44,881 nt of DNA, from the sequence record PP920552.1; one strand, written 5' to 3'. The stretch is from Escherichia phage SM_A2. Positions within the stretch are counted from its first letter, which is position 1. Every line of letters begins with the position of its first letter. A program made the translations under genes and the position numbers. The notes under the pieces were generated by a model, which saw nothing but the letters and a program-made list of their open reading frames with translations, did no database searches and was not told the DNA's origin. Positions 18,002 to 27,254 of the stretch are shown in pieces.

Positions 18002-21000
18002 CGATTATCTACGACGTCACAGGGCATAAAGGCGGCGGCGGCAAACAGCACACCCCGCAGGAGACGCCCGATAGCCTGCATTCGCTGGCTAAAATCCGCA
18101 TCTTGCTTGCGCTGGGGGAAGGGGAATTCGAAAGTATTACCAGCGCCAGCGAATTGCGGCAGCGTGTATATCTGGACGGGACACCGATCCAGAACGCGGA
18201 CTTGTCCGAAAACTTCCCCGGCGCGCGTGTGGAGTTCCGCCCCGGAACACAGCACCAGGATGTGATCCACGGATTTTCAGCGGTGGAAAGTGAGCAATCT
18301 GTCGGCGTAAAACTGGAAAACGGCACGCCGTGGGTGCGCCAGATTAACGACACCAGCTTGGACGCCGTGCGCATTCGCATCGGCATTCCGGCACTGTACA
18401 CAAACGAAGATAATGGCGACCTGGTGGGCGGGCGCATCGACTATAAGATCGTTGTGTATACGGATAACGCCGACCCGCGTGAGTTCAGATTCGCCGCCGT
18501 TGGTAAAACAATGTCGCTATATGAGCGCGACCACCGCATCGAATTACCTCCGAACGTTAACACCGGCTGGCGCGTGGAGGTGCACCGCATAACGGCAGAC
18601 TCCACATCGGCGAAAGTGGTTAATGATATCCGGGTGCAGTCCATCACTGAGATTATTGACGCCCGCCTGCGTTACCCGCTAACCGCGCTGTTGTTTGTGG
18701 AGTTCGACGCCAAAGCGTTCCAGAACATCCCGCGCGTGTCCATTAAGTGCAAAGGTCGCAAAGTTCTAATACCGAACAACTACGACCCGATCAATCATAC
18801 CTATGCCGGGTACTGGGACGGCACGTTTAAACGCGCATGGACGGATAACCCTGCGTGGCACTGGTACGATATTTGTATTACTGAGCGCTTCGGCCTCGGT
18901 CGGCGTATCAAACCGCAAATGCTAAACCGATACGCGCTCTACCAGATTGCACAGCGCTGCGATCAGTTGGTCAGCGACGGCAACGGCGGACGGGAAATCC
19001 GATTTAAGAATGATATGTACATCCAGTCGCAGACAGACGCCTGGACCGTGCTTAAGGATTTAGCTGCCATCTTCGCTGGGATGACCTGGTGGGGAAACCA
19101 AATGTTGAATATCGTCAGTGACCAACCGGTCGCAGCAGTGTCGCACACTATCACCAACGCCTCGGTTATTGATGGCCGATTCGACTACGCATCTGGCAGC
19201 CAGAAAACGCGGTATTCCACTTTCGCGGTAGCATACGGCAACCCGAAAAACCACTATGATGACGCTATCGCAACGGGCCAGCGCGTCGAACTGGTGCGCC
19301 GCCATAAGATTAACCGTCTTGATATTACGGCGATCGGCTGTACGCGCGAGTCAGAAGCGCAACGCCGGGGGCACTGGGCGCTAATCTCAAACCAGCTTGA
19401 CCAGCAAGTTAGTTTTAAGGTTGGCATGGAGGGGTTATTCTTTATCCCCGGTAGCGTAGTCGCGATCGCAGATACAAACATTTCTGGCGGATTCGAGACT
19501 CGTGGCGGACGACTGTTGTCGGACCCCGGAACGCGTACCGTGCTGAACACGGACAGCGAAATCACGTTCCGCCCTGGCGATAAGTTCCTGGTGCGCACCG
19601 ATAGCGGTAATGTGGAGACTCGCGAGATCGCCAGCGTCAACGGCAACAAGGTCACGCTAAAAACCGCACTGGATGCCGACCCGATTCCAGACCAACCGTT
19701 TTGCGTTGATGGCGATGATATCCAGTTGCAAAAATTCCGCATCACCGATCTGGAGTATGACGACTCTACGAGCACTTTCTCGGTGCGCGGGATTGAATAC
19801 AACGATAGCAAGTATGATGCCGTTGATAATGGCGCTCGCCTTGATCCTGGTATCTTCACGCAAGTGCCCGACGGGGTAATGAAGGGGCCGGAATCCGTGA
19901 CCATCACCCCGTCGCAGATTTCATCGCAAGGACAGCTAATCACCAACGTGGATATTGTTTTCCCGCCGGTGAAGGACGCCGTGGTGTATGAAATCCAGTG
20001 GCGACGCACCAGCTTGCAGAATATGGAAATCCAGTGGGGTAACGACTGGGTGAATATCCCGCGCACGGCATCGAACGGTGCGCACATCCCTAACGTGTTC
20101 TCAGGTAACTACCAGGCACGCGTCCGCGCAATTGGCATGGGCGAAATCTCGTCACCGTGGGTGTCTTCCGCAATCACGCCGGTTGAAGGACGCCTCGGCG
20201 GTCTTAACGCGCCTATCATCACCAACGCGATTTCGGGTCTGCACCAGATTCTATGGAAGTGGAACCACAACAACGCCGCTACGGATATCTCATACACCGA
20301 GCTTGAAGTGCGCAAGACGGGTGAGACGGAATGGAAATTTCTAACAAACGTCCCATATCCGGGGGCGGAGTATGCGCAAACATCGCTGGAGTTCGGAATT
20401 TACCAGCAGTTGCGCGCCCGTGTAGCGGATAAAATCGGCAACCTGTCGGACTGGTCGGCCCCGTTTGAAGGGCAGGTGAGTGACAAAGTTGACGAGTACA
20501 TGAAGGGGCTTGATGACGAGTTCTTGACTTCCGAGGATGGTAAACGCTTCCAGGAAGCAATCAACACGATCCCGCAGGGTATTTACGAGGCGATGCTCAC
20601 CGACGCGCAGCAATTGTTCAACGCCCGCGCCGAGTACAAGGGTATTTATGCGGAAATCTCGGTCGCGTATAACGTGGCGGCGGACGCCCACAAGGCGGTC
20701 GCTCAACTGGAGACGTTGATCGGCACGCGACTTGATGACGCGGAAGCTGCGATCCACACGTTGCAGACGGCGCAGAGTACGCAGGAACAAGCGTTCGCCC
20801 AGTACCAGCAAACTGTTGCCGCTAAGTTTTCGGAACAGGAAGCCGCCATCCAGTCAGTGCAAACGGCAACGGCGGACGTGGCAGGCGCACTGGCGGAGTA
20901 CAAGACCCAGGTCGCGGCACAGTTCGGTCAGCAGTCCGCCGCAATCGAGCAGAAGATGACGTCTACGTTTAACCACTCCGGTGGTAACGCTACATACAGC

Positions 21001-21417
21001 CTTAAGGCTGGCGTGACGTATAACGGGACTTACTACGATGCGGGTATGCAGATCTCCGTCGTGACGTCTGGCAACGCGGTTAAATCGCGTATTGCGTTCA
21101 AGGCGGACCAGTTCTACATCATGCATCCGTCCAATGGGACGCTGTCGTCTGCGTTTATTGTGGACGGTGGCGCGGTGTATATCGACACGGCACGCATCAA
21201 GAACGCGTCCATCAACTTCGCGCAGATAACAGACACGCTGCAATCGAATAACTACGACGGCAGCACGCGCGGCTGGCGCTTAGGGAAAGATGGAACGTTT
21301 ATCAACCTGGGCACCGGTAGCGGCGGCGGGATGAAACAGACGAACACAAGAATCAGCGTGAAGGACGGAAACGGCGTTCTCCGCGTGCAGATTGGTGAGC
21401 TTACTGATAGCTGGTAG
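17998..21417 (+). CDS. central tail fibre / host specificity protein J-like
   Basis: 1139 aa ORF following the L-K-I genes; size and position typical of the gpJ family. Confidence 0.9.
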   Translation: MTIIYDVTGHKGGGGKQHTPQETPDSLHSLAKIRILLALGEGEFESITSASELRQRVYLDGTPIQNADLSENFPGARVEFRPGTQHQDVIHGFSAVESEQSVGVKLENGTPWVRQINDTSLDAVRIRIGIPALYTNEDNGDLVGGRIDYKIVVYTDNADPREFRFAAVGKTMSLYERDHRIELPPNVNTGWRVEVHRITADSTSAKVVNDIRVQSITEIIDARLRYPLTALLFVEFDAKAFQNIPRVSIKCKGRKVLIPNNYDPINHTYAGYWDGTFKRAWTDNPAWHWYDICITERFGLGRRIKPQMLNRYALYQIAQRCDQLVSDGNGGREIRFKNDMYIQSQTDAWTVLKDLAAIFAGMTWWGNQMLNIVSDQPVAAVSHTITNASVIDGRFDYASGSQKTRYSTFAVAYGNPKNHYDDAIATGQRVELVRRHKINRLDITAIGCTRESEAQRRGHWALISNQLDQQVSFKVGMEGLFFIPGSVVAIADTNISGGFETRGGRLLSDPGTRTVLNTDSEITFRPGDKFLVRTDSGNVETREIASVNGNKVTLKTALDADPIPDQPFCVDGDDIQLQKFRITDLEYDDSTSTFSVRGIEYNDSKYDAVDNGARLDPGIFTQVPDGVMKGPESVTITPSQISSQGQLITNVDIVFPPVKDAVVYEIQWRRTSLQNMEIQWGNDWVNIPRTASNGAHIPNVFSGNYQARVRAIGMGEISSPWVSSAITPVEGRLGGLNAPIITNAISGLHQILWKWNHNNAATDISYTELEVRKTGETEWKFLTNVPYPGAEYAQTSLEFGIYQQLRARVADKIGNLSDWSAPFEGQVSDKVDEYMKGLDDEFLTSEDGKRFQEAINTIPQGIYEAMLTDAQQLFNARAEYKGIYAEISVAYNVAADAHKAVAQLETLIGTRLDDAEAAIHTLQTAQSTQEQAFAQYQQTVAAKFSEQEAAIQSVQTATADVAGALAEYKTQVAAQFGQQSAAIEQKMTSTFNHSGGNATYSLKAGVTYNGTYYDAGMQISVVTSGNAVKSRIAFKADQFYIMHPSNGTLSSAFIVDGGAVYIDTARIKNASINFAQITDTLQSNNYDGSTRGWRLGKDGTFINLGTGSGGGMKQTNTRISVKDGNGVLRVQIGELTDSW

Positions 21418-21420
21418 TAT

Positions 21421-21441
21421 AGGGGCTTCGGCCCCTTTTTA
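21421..21441 (+). terminator. intrinsic terminator after J-like gene
   Basis: GGGGC-TTCG-GCCCC hairpin followed by T5. Confidence 0.8.
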
Positions 21442-21453
21442 ACGAGGTTATTT

Positions 21454-21756
21454 ATGGCATTCGGTATCGCAACGTGGGACGCGCAAGGACGCCCAAACAA
21501 CTACGGCATTAAACCGGTAAGCGTGATCGGAAGGATTCATCTTGCGGAAGGACAAAAATCAGGCGCATGGTCATTCCCTGTACCGGCGGGGATGAAGGTC
21601 GGATACGTGGTCGCACTGGATAAAGGCGCGGTCGGGCCAGGACGCAGAATATCTGCCAGCGGGAACACTATCACGGTTTCCGCGGCAAGTGCAGTAGGTG
21701 GCGGGGTTTACTCCGCATCTGAATGTGACGTTATTGTTTTTGTGGAGCGAGCATAA
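21454..21756 (+). CDS. hypothetical protein (tail-region)
   Basis: 100 aa ORF with ACGAGG RBS; no motif recognised. Confidence 0.5.
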   Translation: MAFGIATWDAQGRPNNYGIKPVSVIGRIHLAEGQKSGAWSFPVPAGMKVGYVVALDKGAVGPGRRISASGNTITVSAASAVGGGVYSASECDVIVFVERA

Positions 21757-22430
21757 TGGCTAATTACGGCGCGTTGATTGACTTACCAAACGGCAACCCG
21801 TTTATCACGCCAGAATCGACGCCGTTTTGTCTCTTCCGCCGTGTGGTTGTTGGGTCTTCGGCTAACGGCACTGCGCAGTCGGCGGCTGCCGATATTAATT
21901 TGGGTGGTGACTACCCTGCAATAGCGTTTGTTAAAACTACGCACACCGCCCAGCCGACCGTCGTAGGGTCTTCTCGCGTTGGTAATGTGGTGAAGGTGAG
22001 CGCCAGCAATCCATTCGGGCAGGGCTTCACGATGACGGCTTACATCTTTGCTATATTCCCACAGACCCTTCCGCGGTGGGGCTTCGCTATTTGGGATAAG
22101 ACGGGGAAGCTAGTGCTTACTAATGAGAGTCGCGTACTAAGTGATTTAGTTACCGTCGGATCGCCAGGCGCTAACGGGGGGATTAACATTGACCAGACGC
22201 TAAACGGCAGCTACGCCGTCGCTCCGGGCATATTGGGGTCTACGCTGATCCGGTTTTTTGTGCAGGGCCAGCCGCAAGTAATATCGGTAACGGCGTACAC
22301 GGGGGCCAGATTTGATGGGTCGCGAACTCGTATATCGGCAGCGTCGTCGGGGAACGCCACGGGGGATGTGGTGGGGTATACTAACAACGGCAACGCGATT
22401 ATGGCGATTAACACCGCCAATTACGATTGA
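21756..22430 (+). CDS. hypothetical tail-associated protein
   Basis: 224 aa ORF, ATGA-coupled to the previous gene; Gly/Ser/Thr-rich; no motif recognised. Confidence 0.5.
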   Translation: MANYGALIDLPNGNPFITPESTPFCLFRRVVVGSSANGTAQSAAADINLGGDYPAIAFVKTTHTAQPTVVGSSRVGNVVKVSASNPFGQGFTMTAYIFAIFPQTLPRWGFAIWDKTGKLVLTNESRVLSDLVTVGSPGANGGINIDQTLNGSYAVAPGILGSTLIRFFVQGQPQVISVTAYTGARFDGSRTRISAASSGNATGDVVGYTNNGNAIMAINTANYD

Positions 22431-22433
22431 AGA

Positions 22434-22451
22434 AAGCCCCGAAAGGGGCTT
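22434..22451. terminator. hairpin between convergent genes (weak bidirectional terminator)
   Basis: AAGCCCC-GAAA-GGGGCTT perfect hairpin; the T-tract is weak on both sides. Confidence 0.5.
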
Positions 22452-22668
22452 ATTTGCAGGTTGTGCTTTTGAAGTGGTCGACCGACACATACTGGAAGTT
22501 GAACGGATACCCCGCCTTGAGCATTTTGTGCCCGCTAAAGTCGGTGACACCGAACACCGGTACAGAATACTCCATACCACTATTCACATATGTTGCGTCG
22601 CAGATTTTTGATGGCATGTCGGCGCAGCCGGTCAAAAGAACAGCACAAATCATAATTAAGGTTTTCAT
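22450..22668 (-). CDS. small lipoprotein (Cor/Llp-like superinfection exclusion candidate)
   Basis: ATG at 22668 with AGGAGAT RBS; signal peptide MKTLIMICAVLLTGC with classical lipobox LLTG-C; about 57-aa mature part; minus-strand with own promoter, between J-like and tail fibre genes. Confidence 0.6.
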   Translation of the reverse strand: MKTLIMICAVLLTGCADMPSKICDATYVNSGMEYSVPVFGVTDFSGHKMLKAGYPFNFQYVSVDHFKSTTCK

Positions 22669-22699
22669 GTTATCATCTCCTGTATTGGGTTGAGTTTTA

Positions 22700-22727
22700 G
22701 TATTACACCGCTCAACCACGAATGCAA
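22700..22727 (-). promoter_or_regulatory. sigma70-like promoter with ATTGGTTGCA motif (leftward, lipoprotein gene)
   Basis: Read on the minus strand: ATTGGTTGCAT supplies TTGCAT (-35), 16-nt spacer, TAATAC (-10, fwd 22700-22705), about 30 nt upstream of the lipoprotein ATG. Confidence 0.5.
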
Positions 22728-22747
22728 CCAATTTATGAGGATTTAGC

Positions 22748-24341
22748 TATGGCAGCGGGTACTCTATCCGTAACGAATAACAGCAAGGCGGTTGTAGGGG
22801 TCGGCACAACGTTTACCGCGTACAAGGCTGGTGACTTCTTAACGCTGGTGGTAGGACAAGTCCCCTACACCGTAGCGATCGCGTCCATTGAAAGCGCAAC
22901 CGCGCTCACGCTGGTGTTACCGTTCGACGGCCCAACGGCAACCGGCCTTGCGTGGGACGGCGTTAAACGCGATACCATGTCACTGGCAACGATGGGCGTT
23001 ACCGTCCAGGCACAGAAAGCATTGCGTTTGATGATTGCAGATGAAAACAACTGGCGCGCAATCTTCGGCGACGACGAGCAGATCACGGTAACGCTGCCGA
23101 ATGGGCAAGTCATGCAGGGTATGTCATGGGGATATCTGTCACAGTTAATGAAGCAGATCGACCCGGAGGAAATTCTCAACCTGCAACAGCAAGCCGCCGC
23201 GTCTGAAGCCGCCGCGAAAGGATTCCGTAACGAGGCCGAAGGCTTCAAGAATGACACTAACACGATTAAGACGCAGACTAACCAGATTAAGACGGATACC
23301 GGTGCTATTCGCGACCAGGCCAACACCGCGAAGACTGCCGCGCAAGATGCCCGAGATGCCGCGCAAGATGCCCGAGATGCCGCGCTGGGATACCGGGATG
23401 AAGCTGAACAATTCAAGAATGAGATCGCCACGTCGCAATTTCCAAAGCTGGGCAGCAAGAATAGATTCACACAGCCGCAGGAGTTTTTCGCACCATACCC
23501 AGGCCTCAACCTGACGTCTACTGCCGTGGGTGAGGATTATCTTGGTCGAACTATCCTGATTGAGAACATCACAGGCAATAGGCTTAACTTCTTCTACACG
23601 AAGCAAGGCGACAACACCGGGCGCTACACTATCAGTCTTCCGAAGCCAGAAAATACGCAGGTTATGACGATCGGCCTTGATGGTGGTTTATCGCTTAACG
23701 GCGACTCATATAACGCCGGGGAAGGTAGCGGAGTAGACTTCAGTGTCGGGCAGCAAGGGTGGCGTCAGGTAGCAGGACCGTGGTCAAACGGCCCGATAAG
23801 CGGCAATATGTACGGAGCATTGTTCTCGCAATGCGTGCAGGGGCTAAACGTTGGCCCCTACGGTGCCAACGGAACGCAGGGCAGATGGTTTATGCAGCGC
23901 TTTTACGACACATCAGCGAATATCTTCACGCGCGTGCAAACTAACGCGACACCGTGGCAAAACTGGTATAAAGTCACCACGTCCGCGGTATCGGATGAAC
24001 GCCTGAAGGATATCAAGGGCAATCTCAATGTGGAGGGTGCACTGGATAACATCAACCGCATGGAGTTTAAACTCTTCTCATTTAAAAATGAGAAGTCAGA
24101 AAGCAAACAGCCTATTACGCGTCGCGGTGTTATCAGCCAGCAGATCCGTCTTATTGACAAAGAGTACACAACCGAAGTAGGCGGATTCTACCACTTGGAT
24201 CAGACCCCGATGCTGTTAGATGGCCTGGCGGCGATCAAAGCATTGCGTGCGCGTGACGAAGCGAATAAGGCTGAAATCGCGGAATTGAAAGCTGCCGTTG
24301 AGGATTTGAAAGCCGCGGTCGCGGCACTGACAAAAGCATAA
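22748..24341 (+). CDS. tail fibre protein with C-terminal intramolecular chaperone domain
   Basis: ATG 22748 with GAGGA RBS (ORF track opens at 22722); coiled-coil segment with a 21-bp tandem repeat (AQDARDA x2); C-terminal SDERLKDIKG-type motif typical of self-cleaving chaperone domains. Confidence 0.8.
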
Positions 24342-24347
24342 TGAGAA

Positions 24348-24369
24348 GGGGCCGTATGGCCCCTTTTTT
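24348..24369. terminator. bidirectional intrinsic terminator
   Basis: GGGGCC-GTAT-GGCCCC hairpin followed by T6; between the tail fibre gene and the first minus-strand gene. Confidence 0.8.
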
Positions 24370-24943
24370 AGTTTGAGTTTTCCCAGTCCATTTTGCGCCG
24401 CACTAGCGGGCTTTCGTAATACTCCTTCCCATCCACTTCCACTAAGGGCCAGTCATTAACAATGACGTAAGGCTCTGCGATATCCTCGATCACGCCGTGC
24501 GCGCTATGTTGCCCGAAATCTACACCCACCAGGATAACCCCGGCAACTCGACGAGCAAGATATTCGCGGGCGCAACGCGCCTCTACCAGTCCGCGACGGA
24601 TGCCGCTGGTAGCTTTGACCTCGTAGGTCCAGACGGCATCGATCACATGCTCGCGGAAGTCGGGGCCGGATTTAACCTTGCGCTTGCCAACCATGATAAT
24701 ATCGCCGCGGTCGATAGTGTTAGCGCTAAACAGGCCGGTACGCATTAGCAAACCTTGCGGGATACAGCTACGCCCGCCCGCCTGCCCTTCGAGGTACATG
24801 CCTGCAAACATTTCGCCCAGCACACCGACGAGTCTGCTTTGCTTGCACGCGTCGGATTTATACCGCCACTGGTCAAACTCGATGCTTGCTATCATTGCCG
24901 CCAGGTGGAATTGTTTACCAGATATTTCATATTCGCCGTACAT
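24368..24943 (-). CDS. hypothetical protein with possible PD-(D/E)XK nuclease signature
   Basis: 191 aa; segment SGPDFREHVIDAVWTYEVKATSG fits PD-x12-E-V-K. Weak, motif-only assignment. Confidence 0.35.
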   Translation of the reverse strand: MYGEYEISGKQFHLAAMIASIEFDQWRYKSDACKQSRLVGVLGEMFAGMYLEGQAGGRSCIPQGLLMRTGLFSANTIDRGDIIMVGKRKVKSGPDFREHVIDAVWTYEVKATSGIRRGLVEARCAREYLARRVAGVILVGVDFGQHSAHGVIEDIAEPYVIVNDWPLVEVDGKEYYESPLVRRKMDWENSN

Positions 24944-24985
24944 TGTGTGGTCCTCATTGATGCGGGCCGAAGCCCGCGATTAGAA

Positions 24986-25540
24986 TTATTTAAGTGCGCC
25001 AGTTACCAGTGTTTTTTCCATGTTACGGAAATCTTCCGGCGTCATGCAGATTTTCGACCCGTCTTCGCCGGTGAGCACGACCATAGGCTGGACGTCCTGG
25101 GCTACAACTCCAAAATTGGCGGCCCTAACAGTCTTGCCGAAAGAGGCCACCGTGTCCTCCGCAACGCGAATTGCGCTGTTATACGCATTAATCTCACCGT
25201 CAAGGCGCACGGACAGGCCTTTGAGGCTGTCGAATTGTGCTGCCGTTGTATCGATCTGAGTCTCGTCATGCACGGTCATGTAAGACTCGCCCAGCAGGGC
25301 GGCATACGCCACCAGATCCACGATGTTATCTTCCTGGTGCTTACGGTGCTGGCGCACCAGCTTCAGGCAGATCAGGAAGGTCCAGGCTTCTTGCTCGGAC
25401 AGGTCGCGACCGGTAAGCGCGTTAAACACGGCGGCGATTTGTTTAGCGCTGCGTTCTTCTTTCGCGTTGTCATAGCCGTTTTCTTTCCCGCGCTGTTCCA
25501 TAGTGGTGGCGGCGTTTTTGCAGTATTCGTATGCTTTCAC
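24986..25540 (-). CDS. hypothetical protein
   Basis: 184 aa; probable GTG start at 25540 with AAGGG RBS; no confident motif. Confidence 0.5.
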   Translation of the reverse strand: MKAYEYCKNAATTMEQRGKENGYDNAKEERSAKQIAAVFNALTGRDLSEQEAWTFLICLKLVRQHRKHQEDNIVDLVAYAALLGESYMTVHDETQIDTTAAQFDSLKGLSVRLDGEINAYNSAIRVAEDTVASFGKTVRAANFGVVAQDVQPMVVLTGEDGSKICMTPEDFRNMEKTLVTGALK

Positions 25541-25587
25541 AGTATTACCCTTTTTAGCGAGGGGGCTGTATTGCCCCCGACACGTTT

Positions 25588-25617
25588 ACTATAGTGCAAC
25601 CAACCTATTGGTTGCAA
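25588..25617 (-). promoter_or_regulatory. sigma70-like promoter with palindromic TGCAACCAA-N4-TTGGTTGCA motif (leftward)
   Basis: Minus-strand reading: TTGCAA (-35, fwd 25612-25617), 18-nt spacer, TATAGT (-10, fwd 25588-25593); overlaps the stop of gene 25605-26075; followed by hairpin GGGGGC-AATACA-GCCCCC (25561-25578). Confidence 0.5.
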
Positions 25618-26075
25618 GTGAATTTTGCAACGTTTATTGCGTAAATTTTCGGGACCAAATCACCACACGCCCGACGAATTGCCGCGATGTTCTTCTCGCA
25701 ATCTTCAATGATGACCAGTTCCGACACGTCCGCATAGCAGACCATTTTGAACACGGCGCACGCCTTAAACTCTGGCGGCGGGGTGTCGTCCAGCATGTGG
25801 CGCATAAACAACCGGCCTGTCGGGAATACCTCCAGTTGTTCGGCGGTGGTTTCCCAGCATTCCCGCTGCCGGTTGGTCAGATACGCGATTTCGAAGCCTT
25901 GCTCTTTGTACATGGTCAGCAGCGGCAGCATATCCATGTTCAGATCTTCGCGGACGTGCGCCTTGTGCCACTTCGCCCAAAAGGTGGATTTAGTTTTTAT
26001 GCCCGGCACAAGGTCGGCGCGCGCATCGCTTGATCCATTAATAACGCCATCCAGATCACAAATCAGTAATTTCAT
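25605..26075 (-). CDS. HAD-superfamily phosphatase (putative nucleotidase)
   Basis: N-terminal motif LICDLDGVI (DxDG[TV], HAD motif I); 156 aa; downstream motifs consistent with HAD fold. Confidence 0.6.
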   Translation of the reverse strand: MKLLICDLDGVINGSSDARADLVPGIKTKSTFWAKWHKAHVREDLNMDMLPLLTMYKEQGFEIAYLTNRQRECWETTAEQLEVFPTGRLFMRHMLDDTPPPEFKACAVFKMVCYADVSELVIIEDCEKNIAAIRRACGDLVPKIYAINVAKFTCNQ

Positions 26076-26269
26076 TTCAATTCCTCAATCAAATTTGCAC
26101 GAACAGTACGGGCGGAAAACGTGTCACACACAAGATGCCAGCTGGCAGTCATTACAAGCCAGCCAGTAAGGTCCATGCCCAGGAGGTGTTCTGGCCGTGA
26201 CACGCGACGCACTTTGTTCTCCCTCGGGTTGATTTGGTAGCGTTTAACAATTTCGTCCACGACGCGCAT
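26072..26269 (-). CDS. hypothetical small protein
   Basis: 65 aa from ATG 26269; ATGA-type overlap with the downstream HAD gene; no RBS seen; start uncertain (ORF track opens at 26305). Confidence 0.3.
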   Translation of the reverse strand: MRVVDEIVKRYQINPRENKVRRVSRPEHLLGMDLTGWLVMTASWHLVCDTFSARTVRANLIEELK

Positions 26270-26276
26270 ACTGCGA

Positions 26277-26762
26277 TCAACGATTAAGATATTCACGTAG
26301 CTCACTCTCGCTCATTATTTCAATTTGTGCGCCGCCGGTGGGCGGCGCTTCGTCAAAGATTATCAATTGCTGGCACTTGTTATTGCTCGGCCCGACTTCA
26401 CCGGTGACTGCATGTATGAATCGGACCCGCCAGTCCAGAAGAATTATCAGGTTTGCAGTCTTCCTGGCCAACCGCGCCCACTTTGTCGACGTGTCCTGAT
26501 TCAGTAGCATGACGGTCCGACGTCCATGCGCTGCGCACTTGACCCACGGCAGCGGATCGGAATACGGCGGGTTGCACCACTTCCACCCTTTCAACTCTGA
26601 CCAGTCCGCATCGAGCGCGCTGTGCTCTGCCGTGAAGTAACGCGGTAGAAGGTGGTTGTCATCGCTCGCCGCCATGTCATATCGGAATCGGTACTTCCGG
26701 CGCAGCGGTTTAAATAAAGCTGGCGGCGTGCGCCAGCTATCCTTCTGTTCACTCTTCAGCAT
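26277..26762 (-). CDS. DNA N6-adenine methyltransferase (phage Dam-type)
   Basis: Motifs WRTPPALF near the N-terminus, DMAASDDNH, and catalytic NPPY (WCNPPYSD); 161 aa, typical of small phage Dam-family enzymes. Confidence 0.8.
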   Translation of the reverse strand: MLKSEQKDSWRTPPALFKPLRRKYRFRYDMAASDDNHLLPRYFTAEHSALDADWSELKGWKWCNPPYSDPLPWVKCAAHGRRTVMLLNQDTSTKWARLARKTANLIILLDWRVRFIHAVTGEVGPSNNKCQQLIIFDEAPPTGGAQIEIMSESELREYLNR

Positions 26763-27207
26763 GGCCTGGGTCTATCGCGTATAAAGGGACTTTATTGCCG
26801 GTTTTCATAATGCGCTGGACGCGCTTTGACTCCTCGGCGCTAAGCGGTCGGCAATCGGAGTGGTAGCTACCGTTTGCGCGCCACGCCATAAGCACCAGGT
26901 CTTTCCGGTCGATCTTAGACTGGCGACCTTTGGGGCGCACGTACTCCTCGGCACGTTTGCAATGCTCACGCAAACCATCGGCAGTGATGCGGTTTAGTGC
27001 AACGCTGGTTGTGTATCCGGTGCGCTGCATAATCCCCATCAATTCGAAAAGCAGTTCTAAGCGCTCCTCTAACTCCTTGCGCATCTTTTCCTCGCCTTCA
27101 TAGCTCGCCAGGTAGGTATCCGCCAACGCGTTCGCACGTTCGGCCTGTTCGCGGGCTTCGAGGCATTGCGCGGCCCAGTAATTTTTCTCTTCTTGTAAAA
27201 TTTTCAT
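26749..27207 (-). CDS. hypothetical protein
   Basis: 152 aa; ATG 27207 with GGAGA RBS; charged coiled-coil-like N-terminus; no motif recognised. Confidence 0.5.
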   Translation of the reverse strand: MKILQEEKNYWAAQCLEAREQAERANALADTYLASYEGEEKMRKELEERLELLFELMGIMQRTGYTTSVALNRITADGLREHCKRAEEYVRPKGRQSKIDRKDLVLMAWRANGSYHSDCRPLSAEESKRVQRIMKTGNKVPLYAIDPGHAEE

Positions 27208-27254
27208 CGTGTTGTCTCCAGGTATTAAAAAGGGCGTCCAAACCGGACACCCTC

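Noticed and set aside
19254-20087. 277-aa minus-strand ORF inside the J-like gene, and similar long antisense ORFs in the tape measure gene (14178-14891) and tail fibre gene (22865-23509)
   Set aside because: Fully embedded antisense to strongly supported structural genes, Ser/Cys-rich low-complexity composition, no RBS or promoter context.
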